Source of the DNA: Candidatus Hydrogenedentota bacterium
GTDB taxonomy: Bacteria; Hydrogenedentota; Hydrogenedentia; Hydrogenedentales; SLHB01
Direction: 5' to 3'
Length of the DNA stretch: 64,000 nucleotides
NCBI GenBank assembly: GCA_963674865.2
Contig: CAXXYE010000008.1
Span: 96,001 to 160,000 of the forward strand
The position numbers and the translations under genes are program-made. Positions 1 through 9,086 of this stretch are shown here, one piece after another. Every line of letters starts with the position of its first letter. The first letter of the stretch is position 1. The notes beneath the pieces are model-generated. The model saw only the letters and a list, made by a program, of their open reading frames with translations, was not told the DNA's origin and did no database searches.

Positions 1-2
1 AA

Positions 3-296
3 CTCCCCATCCGCTTCTTCCCGGGACTGATGCCTCTGGTGAGCCGGCGCAACGCGGAATTCCTGGCGGGGGGGCGCATCCCCGGCATCATCGTGCCCGA
101 CGAGATCGTCGCGGCCTTCGCGCAGTATTCCTCCGCCGAGGATCAACGCCGGTTCGGATTGGAGCAGGCGGCGCAACTGGCCGTGGACATCGCGCGCGAT
201 GCTCGCGGCCTTTACCTCATCATGCCCTTCGGCAAGCGCTGCTACGCCGAAACGGCCGGCATCGTCCGCGCCGTGAGGAAAACGCATCAGGCGTAA
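3..296 (+). CDS. C-terminal part of methylenetetrahydrofolate reductase domain (likely bifunctional homocysteine S-methyltransferase/MTHFR, YitJ-like); 5' truncated by window
   Basis: GLMPLVSRRNAEFL...PGIIVP and GLYLIMPF match the MTHFR C-terminus of YitJ-type proteins; frame open from position 3. Confidence 0.75.
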   Translation, partial: LPIRFFPGLMPLVSRRNAEFLAGGRIPGIIVPDEIVAAFAQYSSAEDQRRFGLEQAAQLAVDIARDARGLYLIMPFGKRCYAETAGIVRAVRKTHQA

Positions 297-308
297 GGAT
301 GCTTGCCC

Positions 309-2258
309 TCAGCCGCGGACGCGTTTGAGGTAGCCTCGCGGATTCCACGTGATGAAGAAGGACTCGCGCGAGCGATCCACCTCGAAGTCGTCCGTTTCGC
401 GCAGGAACTGCTCAACCGCCTCGTAGGGCCCTGGGCAGGGGCCGATGTCCACGCCGTGGTGGCAATTCGAGTCCTCGATGATGAGGTAGCTGCCCAGCGT
501 CACGAGTGGGCCATAGGTTTGCAGGACAGCGAGCGTGTTCTCGTACGAATGCGAGCTGTCCTCGATCACGAGCACGGTTTCGCCGGACTGGATGGCCGCC
601 TGCACCTTCGGGAAGGATTGGCAGGCTTCGCCGCTGAAAAGCGTGATCCGGGGGTGCTCTTTCACGAAGGCCGGCACGGTTTCATGCTGGTGGTCCAGGC
701 CGATGATCCGCCCCTTGCCCAGGTGGTCGAGAATGTGCGCCATGGCGAGCGCGCCGCCGCCGTAAGCCGTTCCCACCTCCACGATGACATCCGGCTGGAC
801 CTCGACGATAATCTCCCGATACACCCAGAAATCGAGTGGATTCTTGAGGGTTTTCACCCCGAAGTACGTTGTTTTGTTCGCAATTCGCTTCTGAATGAAC
901 GCCATGGCCGTCTTCACCGGCATGTTCAGGTTGTGTTCCATGGCCGGCGGATTGAGCAAGTCGGAGGCTTCCGGCACGGCCTCGATGTCGGCCGCTTTGA
1001 CGAGAGCCATCGGGGCTTCGCAGCATCGCAGCTCTCCCGGACCTCCCCGCAGGACCACCACCATCCCGCCGCAGGTTTCGCAGCGATAGACTTCCTGCCG
1101 CTCGGTGGCTCCGTGTGCCCCGGCGGGCTGATACCGCTCGCGCGACAACTCCACCGGCGTATCGAACATGGCGATGGCGTTGTCTAAAGGCACACCGGCG
1201 TGAAGCAGCGTTGTGGAGCCGAGGAAGTATCCCTTGGCCTCTGTGTCCGCGATGGCCTGACGGCAGGTGTCTCGTACCTTGTCCGGCGTGCCGAAGGGCA
1301 GCAACTGGCTCACGTCGATGCCTCCCGCCAGGAACAGGCCTGGATACTTCGCGCGGACATCCTTAACCGTCATCCCCGCCAAGGTTTCGAGCGGATTGAG
1401 CCCGTCTATGCCCGCGGCGACCAGGTCATCCATGATGTCCCACAAGTTGCCGTCGGAATGAAATAGGCATAGCGTGTCGTGCTCATGCCAGGCATCCACG
1501 AGTCGCTTGAGACGCGGAAGCCAGAGGTCGCGCAGCCAGTCCGGCGGGAAGATGGTGCCCGTCTTATGGGCGATATCGTCGAACACCAGGGCAATCGGGA
1601 CATAGTGCGGGTCGGCGATGGCCGCCACGCGCCGCAGCTCGGCCCGGTGATTCGCTTCGAGCCATTCCTCGACGAGGCCCGGGCGCTCGGCCGCGAGCAG
1701 CGTGAACATCTCGAGTCCCGGCCCGGTGAACATGGGATTGAGGCCGACGCTGCTCTCGAGCACATACATCGCCGGATCGAGCCGGCCCGTCGGATCCCCC
1801 TCGGCGAAGGCCGCCCACTGCTGTTCCACCATCCGGCCCAGCAGTTCGGCATGGGCCTGGCCGTAAGCCTTGGTGTTTGCGTCGCGGATACGCTCCTCGA
1901 CCCATACCGCGAAGCCGGCCACGTCTTCAAAGGGCCGCTCAATCACCCATGCCGACCACGGCTCGATCTGCATCACGAGCCCGTCGTCCGTTTGCCCGCG
2001 ACCCGTGCGTTGCGGGCCGCCAACGAAGCGAGTCATGTCCAGCACGGCCCCGGCAGCCACCCCCGCAAGGTGATCCCCGTTCTCCGGCGTCAGCTTCTGG
2101 CCGGCGTAATGCTCGATGATCGTCTCGTTCTGGAGGATATCGAATACGGGCACCCGATCCGTTTCCTCGAACCGGGCTGCGCGCAGCACCCGTTCCCGTT
2201 TCGTCATGATGGCCATGGCCGTGGTTCTGTCCCGGCGCCGGAGGCGGCGAGAAGTCAT
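309..2258 (-). CDS. Fusion: uroporphyrinogen decarboxylase (UroD/MtaA) family + desulfoferrodoxin N-terminal Fe(Cys)4 domain + CmcI-family methyltransferase/hydroxylase
   Basis: MTKRERV, DDIAHKTG, FHSDGN, GIDGLNPLE, GGIDVSQLL (UroD family); YRCETCG...GELRCC (Dfx); KNPLDFWVYREII...IVEVGTAYGG...IEDSSH (CmcI). Start may be 2216 or 2207; 2258 overlaps the upstream stop as ATGA. Confidence 0.8.
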   Translation of the reverse strand: MTSRRLRRRDRTTAMAIMTKRERVLRAARFEETDRVPVFDILQNETIIEHYAGQKLTPENGDHLAGVAAGAVLDMTRFVGGPQRTGRGQTDDGLVMQIEPWSAWVIERPFEDVAGFAVWVEERIRDANTKAYGQAHAELLGRMVEQQWAAFAEGDPTGRLDPAMYVLESSVGLNPMFTGPGLEMFTLLAAERPGLVEEWLEANHRAELRRVAAIADPHYVPIALVFDDIAHKTGTIFPPDWLRDLWLPRLKRLVDAWHEHDTLCLFHSDGNLWDIMDDLVAAGIDGLNPLETLAGMTVKDVRAKYPGLFLAGGIDVSQLLPFGTPDKVRDTCRQAIADTEAKGYFLGSTTLLHAGVPLDNAIAMFDTPVELSRERYQPAGAHGATERQEVYRCETCGGMVVVLRGGPGELRCCEAPMALVKAADIEAVPEASDLLNPPAMEHNLNMPVKTAMAFIQKRIANKTTYFGVKTLKNPLDFWVYREIIVEVQPDVIVEVGTAYGGGALAMAHILDHLGKGRIIGLDHQHETVPAFVKEHPRITLFSGEACQSFPKVQAAIQSGETVLVIEDSSHSYENTLAVLQTYGPLVTLGSYLIIEDSNCHHGVDIGPCPGPYEAVEQFLRETDDFEVDRSRESFFITWNPRGYLKRVRG

Positions 2259-3526
2259 CCTCCGTTGTCGTTGTCCTTGACGATCACGTCCTCTTTGGGC
2301 TTGTCCACGACAATGTAGTCGTTCTCGATAGGGCCGCGGAAGGAATTGCCGCGGATGACGATCTGCCGGACGCCCTCCGTTACACGGACTGCCGAGTGCT
2401 GGTGTTCCGAGGTGTAGAAGATGTTGTTGACAACTTGGAGATCCCGCGTCTGAGTTTCCCAGCGCTCCATGTTGTCAATGCGGATCTCGGAGTCCCGCTC
2501 GGCGTCATCCTTTCGGCCGTTTTCGCGGAAGATGTTGCCGCTGATGGTGCAGCCCATGATGTCCGGCGCCCACAGGCCTTCCCGGCCACTGAACTCAACG
2601 ACGTTGCCCTGCAATGTGCAGAACCGGCTATCCCGTTCGATGGTGACTCCGCGCGATCCGTTGCCCGACACGAGATTGTTCGCGGCCAGCACCTGATCGC
2701 ATCCTTCGACGAAGTACCCGCCCATCTTGCTGGTGATGACACGGTTGTTGGTGAAGCGCCCCTGGTGGGAGTGGTAGAAGTGCGTGCCGTCGGAGCGCGA
2801 TCCTTCGAGCAGACATCCATCCACTACCCAGTCGTTCACGAAGTAGAAGGCGATGTTGCCCTGATCGTGGCGGTCGCTGCCTTTGGCGGGCCCCGTCTCT
2901 GGTTCGAGATAGTCGGTGTACTGATTACAACACCGGCGTGTGATGACATCGTGGATGCGCACGTCCGTGATGGGAGTGCCCTCGGCGTCGGCAAACATGC
3001 CTATGGCATTGCTCGACAAGTCCTCGAAGCTCATGTCGCGGACATAGATGCCGGCGCAACGGCCGAAGATGCGTATGCCGGCGATGTTGGTGGCGCAATC
3101 CCAGTTTTCGCGCTTGCCGATGACTGTGCCGCCTTGGAAGCGGACATTCTGGACATTCTTGCTGTGGAAGGCGTGGCCATCCCTGTCGAGGTTCTCGGCG
3201 AACACGAACCGCGCGCCGTACATGGAGAGCGTTGTGTTCGAGTGGACCTCCAGCCCCTCAGCTTGATCGAGCAGGTACGTTATCGGTGCAAACACGACGG
3301 TTCGCCCGGCGCGCCCCGCGGCATCGAGCGCGCTTTGAAGTTCCGCCACGTAGCTCACCGACCCGTCCGTGACGTATCCTTTCGGAAGGAAATCCAAGAC
3401 GGAGATCGGATCGTTGTCCGGCGCCGGGACTCCCTTGGCGCCCGGCCTCACGTCCGCAATCGCGCAGCCTGAGGCCAAGCCAATTAGAAGCAGCGCCAGT
3501 GCACCAATCCCAAACACAGCGAGCAT
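2255..3526 (-). CDS. Lipoprotein with right-handed parallel beta-helix repeats (pectate lyase-like)
   Basis: AGGAGG RBS before ATG 3526; lipobox LASGC; ISVLDF...DG N-terminal motif; repeated Asn-rich beta-helix coils. Confidence 0.75.
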   Translation of the reverse strand: MLAVFGIGALALLLIGLASGCAIADVRPGAKGVPAPDNDPISVLDFLPKGYVTDGSVSYVAELQSALDAAGRAGRTVVFAPITYLLDQAEGLEVHSNTTLSMYGARFVFAENLDRDGHAFHSKNVQNVRFQGGTVIGKRENWDCATNIAGIRIFGRCAGIYVRDMSFEDLSSNAIGMFADAEGTPITDVRIHDVITRRCCNQYTDYLEPETGPAKGSDRHDQGNIAFYFVNDWVVDGCLLEGSRSDGTHFYHSHQGRFTNNRVITSKMGGYFVEGCDQVLAANNLVSGNGSRGVTIERDSRFCTLQGNVVEFSGREGLWAPDIMGCTISGNIFRENGRKDDAERDSEIRIDNMERWETQTRDLQVVNNIFYTSEHQHSAVRVTEGVRQIVIRGNSFRGPIENDYIVVDKPKEDVIVKDNDNGG

Positions 3527-3591
3527 CTTGTTTTTCCTCCTGATATTGCCATCCGTCCGCATGAGCTTGAAACACTCAACCTCGTCCGGAC

Positions 3592-4869
3592 TCATCCTTC
3601 TGGGGCGAGGGCCGCATCGATGCTGAGAGGCACCAAGAAATCGATGCCGCCCTTGATGATGATGTTGGCCTGATCTGCGTCGCAAATCATATCGGCATGG
3701 CCGAAGATGTGGATATCACCCAGGTTCATATCTTCCATGAAATACTGTTTGCCGCAGACGGGCCGCGCCGATGATGTGGCGAAGAGAATGTTTTCCCGCA
3801 CGCAGAGATTCGAGCAAGGCCCCATGGCCGAATTGAAGTAGTCCAACATCAGCGTCGGCGCTTGCCCCGTCTCGAGGGCGTCCGCGGGGCGGAATCCGCA
3901 CACGCCTACATAGTCGCTGAACATGTTCCCGACGAAGAGCGTATCCCCCGCGACGGCCATGGAGAAGGGATGCGTCAGCCTCCCGATAGCAGGCGTGATC
4001 ACGGCGTCCGGCAGCTGCTCGTCTGATAGATCGTCCGCAGGACTGAAAACGAAGAGAGTCGAACTCGAAGAATGCGTGTGGGCGTATAGGACGTTGTTCT
4101 CGACGAGTACCTTCCAGATCGGCGCTGTCATGTTCGAGAAAGAAGGCCCCGACAGCGTCACGTCGGCCTCGATGGCCGCGTCCGCGAGGTACTCGTCCAT
4201 GAAGTCGTAGTACACCTCCATGCCGCCGCTGAGCCAGGAGACGAACAGGTGGCCGTTCTCATCCAGTTCGACCCCCGAAAGCATGTTTCTGGCCGCGTCG
4301 GGTGCGATGGCTATATCGGGCAAGTCGTCCGTCTCGATAGTCGCGGCGTTTTGCCAGATGAGAAGGCCGCGGTAGAAGTCCGTCACGAAGAGGCAGCCCT
4401 CGGCTACGAACAGTTCCCAGGGCCCCTGGGAGGAGGATACGTTAGCGAGCAGCGTGACGTCTGGTTCATCATAATCGCTGTGGCTGCGGTAATCGCGCCA
4501 GATGTAGACACGTCTGGCCGACTGATCGACAAGGTAGAGATCGCCTTCGTTCAGTTCGACGTCCACCGGATTGCCCACCGAAATGGCCTTCTCCTCGGCA
4601 GGTTCGGGAATGCCCAGGACCAGATCCGCCGCTGGTTGAACGCTGGAGTCTTCAAGGGCTGCGTTGAGCACATCGAAGTAAACCAGCACTTTCGGCTGCT
4701 CAAGCTCCCAACTCGCCTCCGATTTCCCCGTCTGAAGGCCCATGTCTCCGACAACGAGGTCCATCACCGGCGGATCCACAAGCGGGAGGCGCGGGGCCGG
4801 TTCCGTCCACGGGCAGCCCGCCGCTCCCAATAGGAGCAGCATTGCCGAAAGAACTCGTGCATATCGCAT
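3592..4869 (-). CDS. Lipoprotein with NHL-like/beta-propeller repeats
   Basis: Signal MRYARVLSAMLLLLGAAGC; repeated P..v...g..LfV.D and PD..L units; acidic composition. Confidence 0.6.
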   Translation of the reverse strand: MRYARVLSAMLLLLGAAGCPWTEPAPRLPLVDPPVMDLVVGDMGLQTGKSEASWELEQPKVLVYFDVLNAALEDSSVQPAADLVLGIPEPAEEKAISVGNPVDVELNEGDLYLVDQSARRVYIWRDYRSHSDYDEPDVTLLANVSSSQGPWELFVAEGCLFVTDFYRGLLIWQNAATIETDDLPDIAIAPDAARNMLSGVELDENGHLFVSWLSGGMEVYYDFMDEYLADAAIEADVTLSGPSFSNMTAPIWKVLVENNVLYAHTHSSSSTLFVFSPADDLSDEQLPDAVITPAIGRLTHPFSMAVAGDTLFVGNMFSDYVGVCGFRPADALETGQAPTLMLDYFNSAMGPCSNLCVRENILFATSSARPVCGKQYFMEDMNLGDIHIFGHADMICDADQANIIIKGGIDFLVPLSIDAALAPEG

Positions 4870-5053
4870 GGCCAAGCATCTCCCCTCGATAGTGGCCGCC
4901 GCTGTGAGAGCTTCGGCAGACCGCCTTTCCCAGTTGTGTCTCAGCAGCGTATCATGGCATTGTCTTCGAGGTAAAACGTCGGCACACCGGAACGATCCCA
5001 CACGACCTACTGCCCGGCAAGTCCAGTGGCTGGTCTTTGAAGGAGGATATGTC

Positions 5054-6571
5054 GTGATTTACCGCCCGCCCGCAAACCGCCGAATGTGGGATACGTGGAT
5101 GTTGGAGGAGGCTGGTCGATATCACCTCTTCACGCTCACTGTGCCCGAGGGGCTGAACCACTGGGACCGCGTTTGCCACGCGGTCTCGACCGATCTTCTC
5201 ACGTGGGAAGACTGGGACGACATTGTCCTTGAAGACGTCAGAGATCCCACGGCCTGGGATGCCGGCGTGATACTCACGGGCAGTGTCTGTCGATGCGCCG
5301 ACGGCTTCACGATGACTTACGGCGCGATCCGGCGCGATGAGGATAGGGAGAAGAAGGGAGTTCAACGGATCGGCCTGCTTTTCTCCAAAGACCTGCGCGT
5401 CTGGGAGAAATGCCCCGGAAATCCCGTGCTTGTGCCAAAAGGCCCCCACTACGAGGAGACGCCTGGTGAGACAGCCGAGTCAACTATTCCCTGGCGCGAC
5501 GCCTACCTCGTGCCGAGTGAAGATGGATTCGAGGCGTTCATCTGTGCCGGCGACCCGAGCAAGACCAGGGGTGTCAACGGCTGTGTCGCACGAGCGGTGT
5601 CCCGCGATTTGATCGATTGGGAACTCATGCCCCCTATAGCCTCGCCTGAGCGATATGTGGACATGGAGGTACCGCAGTACTTCGAGTGGAACGGCTACCA
5701 CTACATCCTCTTCAGCACGGCCGGCGGGCGGGTGAACACGGCGTCCCGCATCGCAACAGGCGGCACTTACTACCTCGTGTCGCGAAGCAAGTATGGCGAA
5801 TACCAAGCCCCCGATGACAACATGCTCATCGGCTCCGGCGATCATCGATTCGACTGCTACGTAGGCAAAGCGCTTTTCGCCGACGCCGAAGGCCCTCTCC
5901 TGTACCACCACATCTGCGGTAATCGACCAGCCTTCGCCGCGCCCAAGGTCCTTTGCCAAGACGTGGATGGCCGCCTATCGGTGGCGCGCTGGCACGGCCT
6001 CGACGCCCTGCTGGGCGATGGAGTCATCAACGCTGCGTCTCCCGGCGCCGTCGCTCCGGCCGCGACGGGCATCCCTATAGGCTCCTGGGAATCGTCCGGC
6101 GAACGCCTGGTGGGCGACGCGGGGCCCGCCATCTCGGCATGGACCTTTGCCAAACCGTTTACCGACGGCGCCGTTCAGGCGCATTGTGATCTCAGCAACG
6201 CCGTGCGCGGCGGCGTGCTGTTTCGGCTCAGCCCCGTCGATCCAAGCGCCCCAGCACGTCGCCTCAGAGGGCTGGGGGTCTGCCTCGACAGAGCGCGCGG
6301 CGTGATCCAGCTCTGTGAGGTCCGCGTCGGCGGGCGCCCCTCGGTTCAGTTGAAGCCCCTGGACACCGTCCATGTGGACCCGGGCGCCCAGACGGACGTC
6401 GAAGTGTTTTTGCGGGCCGAATACATTGAGGTCTATTGTGGAGGAAAGCCCTACTTCGTACTCGGCACAACGGACTACCCCGTCGAGGGGCAGGCGGGAT
6501 GCTTCGTCGACCGCGGCCGCATCGTGGCCGAGAATCTCAGCGTCCGTAGCATGCCGCCGTTGCCGCAGTGA
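5054..6571 (+). CDS. Glycoside hydrolase clan GH-J (GH32/GH68-like) five-bladed propeller with C-terminal beta-sandwich
   Basis: AGGAGG 5041-5046 then in-frame GTG 5054; WDTW, WRDAY and MEVPQ catalytic-type motifs; HAVSTDLLTW. Confidence 0.7.
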   Translation: MIYRPPANRRMWDTWMLEEAGRYHLFTLTVPEGLNHWDRVCHAVSTDLLTWEDWDDIVLEDVRDPTAWDAGVILTGSVCRCADGFTMTYGAIRRDEDREKKGVQRIGLLFSKDLRVWEKCPGNPVLVPKGPHYEETPGETAESTIPWRDAYLVPSEDGFEAFICAGDPSKTRGVNGCVARAVSRDLIDWELMPPIASPERYVDMEVPQYFEWNGYHYILFSTAGGRVNTASRIATGGTYYLVSRSKYGEYQAPDDNMLIGSGDHRFDCYVGKALFADAEGPLLYHHICGNRPAFAAPKVLCQDVDGRLSVARWHGLDALLGDGVINAASPGAVAPAATGIPIGSWESSGERLVGDAGPAISAWTFAKPFTDGAVQAHCDLSNAVRGGVLFRLSPVDPSAPARRLRGLGVCLDRARGVIQLCEVRVGGRPSVQLKPLDTVHVDPGAQTDVEVFLRAEYIEVYCGGKPYFVLGTTDYPVEGQAGCFVDRGRIVAENLSVRSMPPLPQ

Positions 6572-6586
6572 ACGTGAGGCCCGCGC

Positions 6587-6988
6587 TTACCCGGCGCTTC
6601 TTTTCCGCCCTCGGCTCGGATGTGCGAAGAGTCTGACGATGCGTTCCTTCAAGTATCGCCCCACGTAGGAGTTGAGCGTCCCGTCCGGGTAGAGAGCCTG
6701 GTTTGCGATGAGCGCATCGAAGTTCCGTTCGGTTTTCGGACTTGCGTTCGGGATGCGGCCCAAGAGCGCCGCGCGGTCATACCGCGCGTTCTCCCAGAGC
6801 CAAGACCACAGATCCCCTTCGGAACGCCCCTGCCTGAGTGTGAGCCGCTTCGCGCGCGTGACCTCGGTCTGCATCCATGCGAGTGCAATTCGCACAAGTT
6901 CGGATTGGCCGGCCATGACCAGTACGGTTTCTGGCCGTTCACTTTCCTTGAAGTCGGAAAGGCACTTGTCCCATGTGCTTCGTGTCAT
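6587..6988 (-). CDS. Hypothetical protein
   Basis: 133-aa ORF with GGAAGGA RBS, co-oriented downstream of the SPL-like remnant. Confidence 0.6.
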   Translation of the reverse strand: MTRSTWDKCLSDFKESERPETVLVMAGQSELVRIALAWMQTEVTRAKRLTLRQGRSEGDLWSWLWENARYDRAALLGRIPNASPKTERNFDALIANQALYPDGTLNSYVGRYLKERIVRLFAHPSRGRKRSAG

Positions 6989-7033
6989 CTGTCGTTCCTT
7001 CCCCGTTCCCCTGTTGACTCGGATGCACCGCGC

Positions 7034-7412
7034 CTACAGGATGCAATTGCAGCGGCCCAGTCGCCAGCGCTCGTGAATGCGCCGCCAGACTTCCGGTTCT
7101 TCAAGACACAGCGCCACTTCGAGGTCCGGCCGTACACTGCGCGCTGCGTCAATCATGAGGTCGTAGGCGCCGATGCGCATTGCGGGCGAATACCGAAGCC
7201 GGCCGTCATTCTCGGCCAAGCTCTCGACGAGGTGCCGTGAGATGGCGTTGTCCGATCCCAGGCGCCGCTCCATCAGGCGCAGGGAATTCGTGTAGCTACA
7301 GATCCCGCCCAGCGTGAGCCGCTCGAGAGGGACGCGCATCGCCAATTCTCCAACGAAGGAGGCGTACTGCGCCTCCCAATCGGCCACCGGGATGATGGGC
7401 ATGATTACCGCG
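7034..7412 (-). pseudogene. 5'-truncated spore photoproduct lyase-like radical SAM gene (C-terminal part only)
   Basis: AVIMPIIPVADW, ERLTLGG, DGRLRY, VALCLEE, CNC resemble the SPL-family C-terminus; no CxxxCxxC or N-terminal domain upstream. Confidence 0.6.
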
Positions 7413-7776
7413 CACTGCCTCGTCATTCCTGCGCGGGTTGTCCACCCGCGGCCGCAGTTTGCCCACGGGTATTTGCTCAACCTTGAGTCGGCGCGAAGCT
7501 AAGATGCCCTCCGTTGTTCAAGCGTCCGCCCACCGTCAGGGGCTCGGGCCGCCGCTCACTTCATTCCGCTGTGGTGCCTGATACTTCTTCCACCTATAGA
7601 GATCCGTCCGTTGCACTCTTCTTGCTCTAATATCTTTAGACGTAGCAGGTTGCGTCGGCGAAGGCGGCCGAACAAACGCAAGATCCATCTCGGTCTAGTT
7701 ATGTAGTATAGGGTTTCCTTTCCGTCCGGCGAGAATGGGTGCTAATAACCTTCTGGACTCGCACGCGAAAAAGTGC

Positions 7777-7805
7777 TTGACACCGGGCCATCCGTGTGCT
7801 AAACT
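7777..7805 (+). promoter_or_regulatory. Sigma70 promoter of the str operon
   Basis: TTGACA (7777-7782), 17-bp spacer, extended -10 TGc-TAAACT (7800-7805), upstream of rpsL. Confidence 0.8.
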
Positions 7806-7871
7806 CCCTCGCCGTTGCCTTGAGGGGGAAGTCTGTGCCTCAAGGCGCTGATTTTGCCTTAGGAGAGAGTG

Positions 7872-8297
7872 TTGCCAACGATTAATCAACTCGTAAGGAA
7901 GTGTCGCAAGAAACGCGTCACGAAAACGAAGTCGCCGGCCCTCAAGGGGTGCCCGCAGGCATCGGGAACGTGCACACGTGTCTTCACACTGACGCCAAAG
8001 AAACCGAACTCGGCATTGCGCAAGGTCGCCCGCGTTAGGCTTAAGAACGGGATGGAGGTTACGGCCTATATCCCGGGCATCGGCCATAACCTGCAGGAGC
8101 ACTCCCAAGTCATGATCCGTGGGGGGCGCGTCAAAGACCTGCCCGGCGTACGCTATCACTTGATTCGTGGCGTCCTCGATGCCACCGGTGACATGGGCGG
8201 AAGCGCGAGCCTTCAGGACGATGGCGGTCGCAAAGTGCATCAGGGACGTTGGGTGAGCCGTTCCAAGTACGGCGTTAAGAAGCCGAAGAAGGGCTAA
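7872..8297 (+). CDS. rpsL: 30S ribosomal protein S12
   Basis: [42 protein letters not shown] start after AGGAG; C-terminal insertion. Confidence 0.98.
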   Translation: MPTINQLVRKCRKKRVTKTKSPALKGCPQASGTCTRVFTLTPKKPNSALRKVARVRLKNGMEVTAYIPGIGHNLQEHSQVMIRGGRVKDLPGVRYHLIRGVLDATGDMGGSASLQDDGGRKVHQGRWVSRSKYGVKKPKKG

Positions 8298-8314
8298 CGG
8301 GAGCGCACCGCGAA

Positions 8315-8788
8315 ATGGCAAGACGACGAGAAATACCGAAGCGCGAGCCGCTGCCCGATCCCAAGTTCAAGAGTATCATTCTGGCGAAGTTCATCAACAC
8401 CGTGATGGTGTGCGGGAAGAAGAGCCTGGCCGAGGCCATCGTTTATGGGGCGCTTGAGCATATTCGGGCCAAGCAGCCTAACCAGGACCCCCTCGAAGTG
8501 TTCAATACGGCCATTGATAATGCCAAGCCCGTGTTGCAGGTCAAGTCGCGGCGAGTCGGCGGCGCCACCTATCAGGTGCCCATCGAGGTATCTGCGCCCG
8601 TCCGCCTTGCCCTCGCCTTCCGGTGGATTATCGAGTTCTCCCGGAAGCGCGGCGAGAAGACGATGGTCGAGCGCTTGGCTGCGGAATTGCTCGATTGCTA
8701 CAACAACCAAGGCAGCACGATTAAGCGAAGAGAAGATACGCACCGGATGGCCGAGGCCAACAAGGCCTTTGCCCATTTCCGTTACTAG
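8315..8788 (+). CDS. rpsG: 30S ribosomal protein S7
   Basis: [27 protein letters not shown]. Confidence 0.98.
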   Translation: MARRREIPKREPLPDPKFKSIILAKFINTVMVCGKKSLAEAIVYGALEHIRAKQPNQDPLEVFNTAIDNAKPVLQVKSRRVGGATYQVPIEVSAPVRLALAFRWIIEFSRKRGEKTMVERLAAELLDCYNNQGSTIKRREDTHRMAEANKAFAHFRY

Positions 8789-8792
8789 GCGG

Positions 8793-9070
8793 GGCTCGGT
8801 TTTCTCGAGCCTTCTCAATTTGCTTTTGGAACCCACGGGTTGTGCGTCGTGCCGGGCGGCACGACGACCCCGGATAGAAAGTTGAATCCGTACGAGTGTG
8901 GGACCTGAGGGTGCCTTGCGGCGTATCCGCGCCGCGAGACGCAGTGAGCCCTCCAACTAGGTCGAGAACTTCAAGCGGATAGGGCAATGCTTACGAAAGC
9001 GACACATACAGGAGAGGCCAGAGAGGCGGACGACACAGCGCGTCCGTCGGCGCTCTCCCTGTAAGTCGCT
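8793..9070 (+). ncRNA. Putative structured cis-regulatory RNA in the rpsG-fusA spacer
   Basis: 298-nt spacer with four nested stem-loops, including a long hairpin 8998-9070 ending just before the fusA RBS. Confidence 0.4.
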
Positions 9071-9086
9071 GAGAAGGATTTCCCCC

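Noticed and set aside
8895..8915. SRP RNA (TCAGGTCC on the minus strand)
   Set aside because: The GNRA loop and AGCAG of helix 8 do not follow
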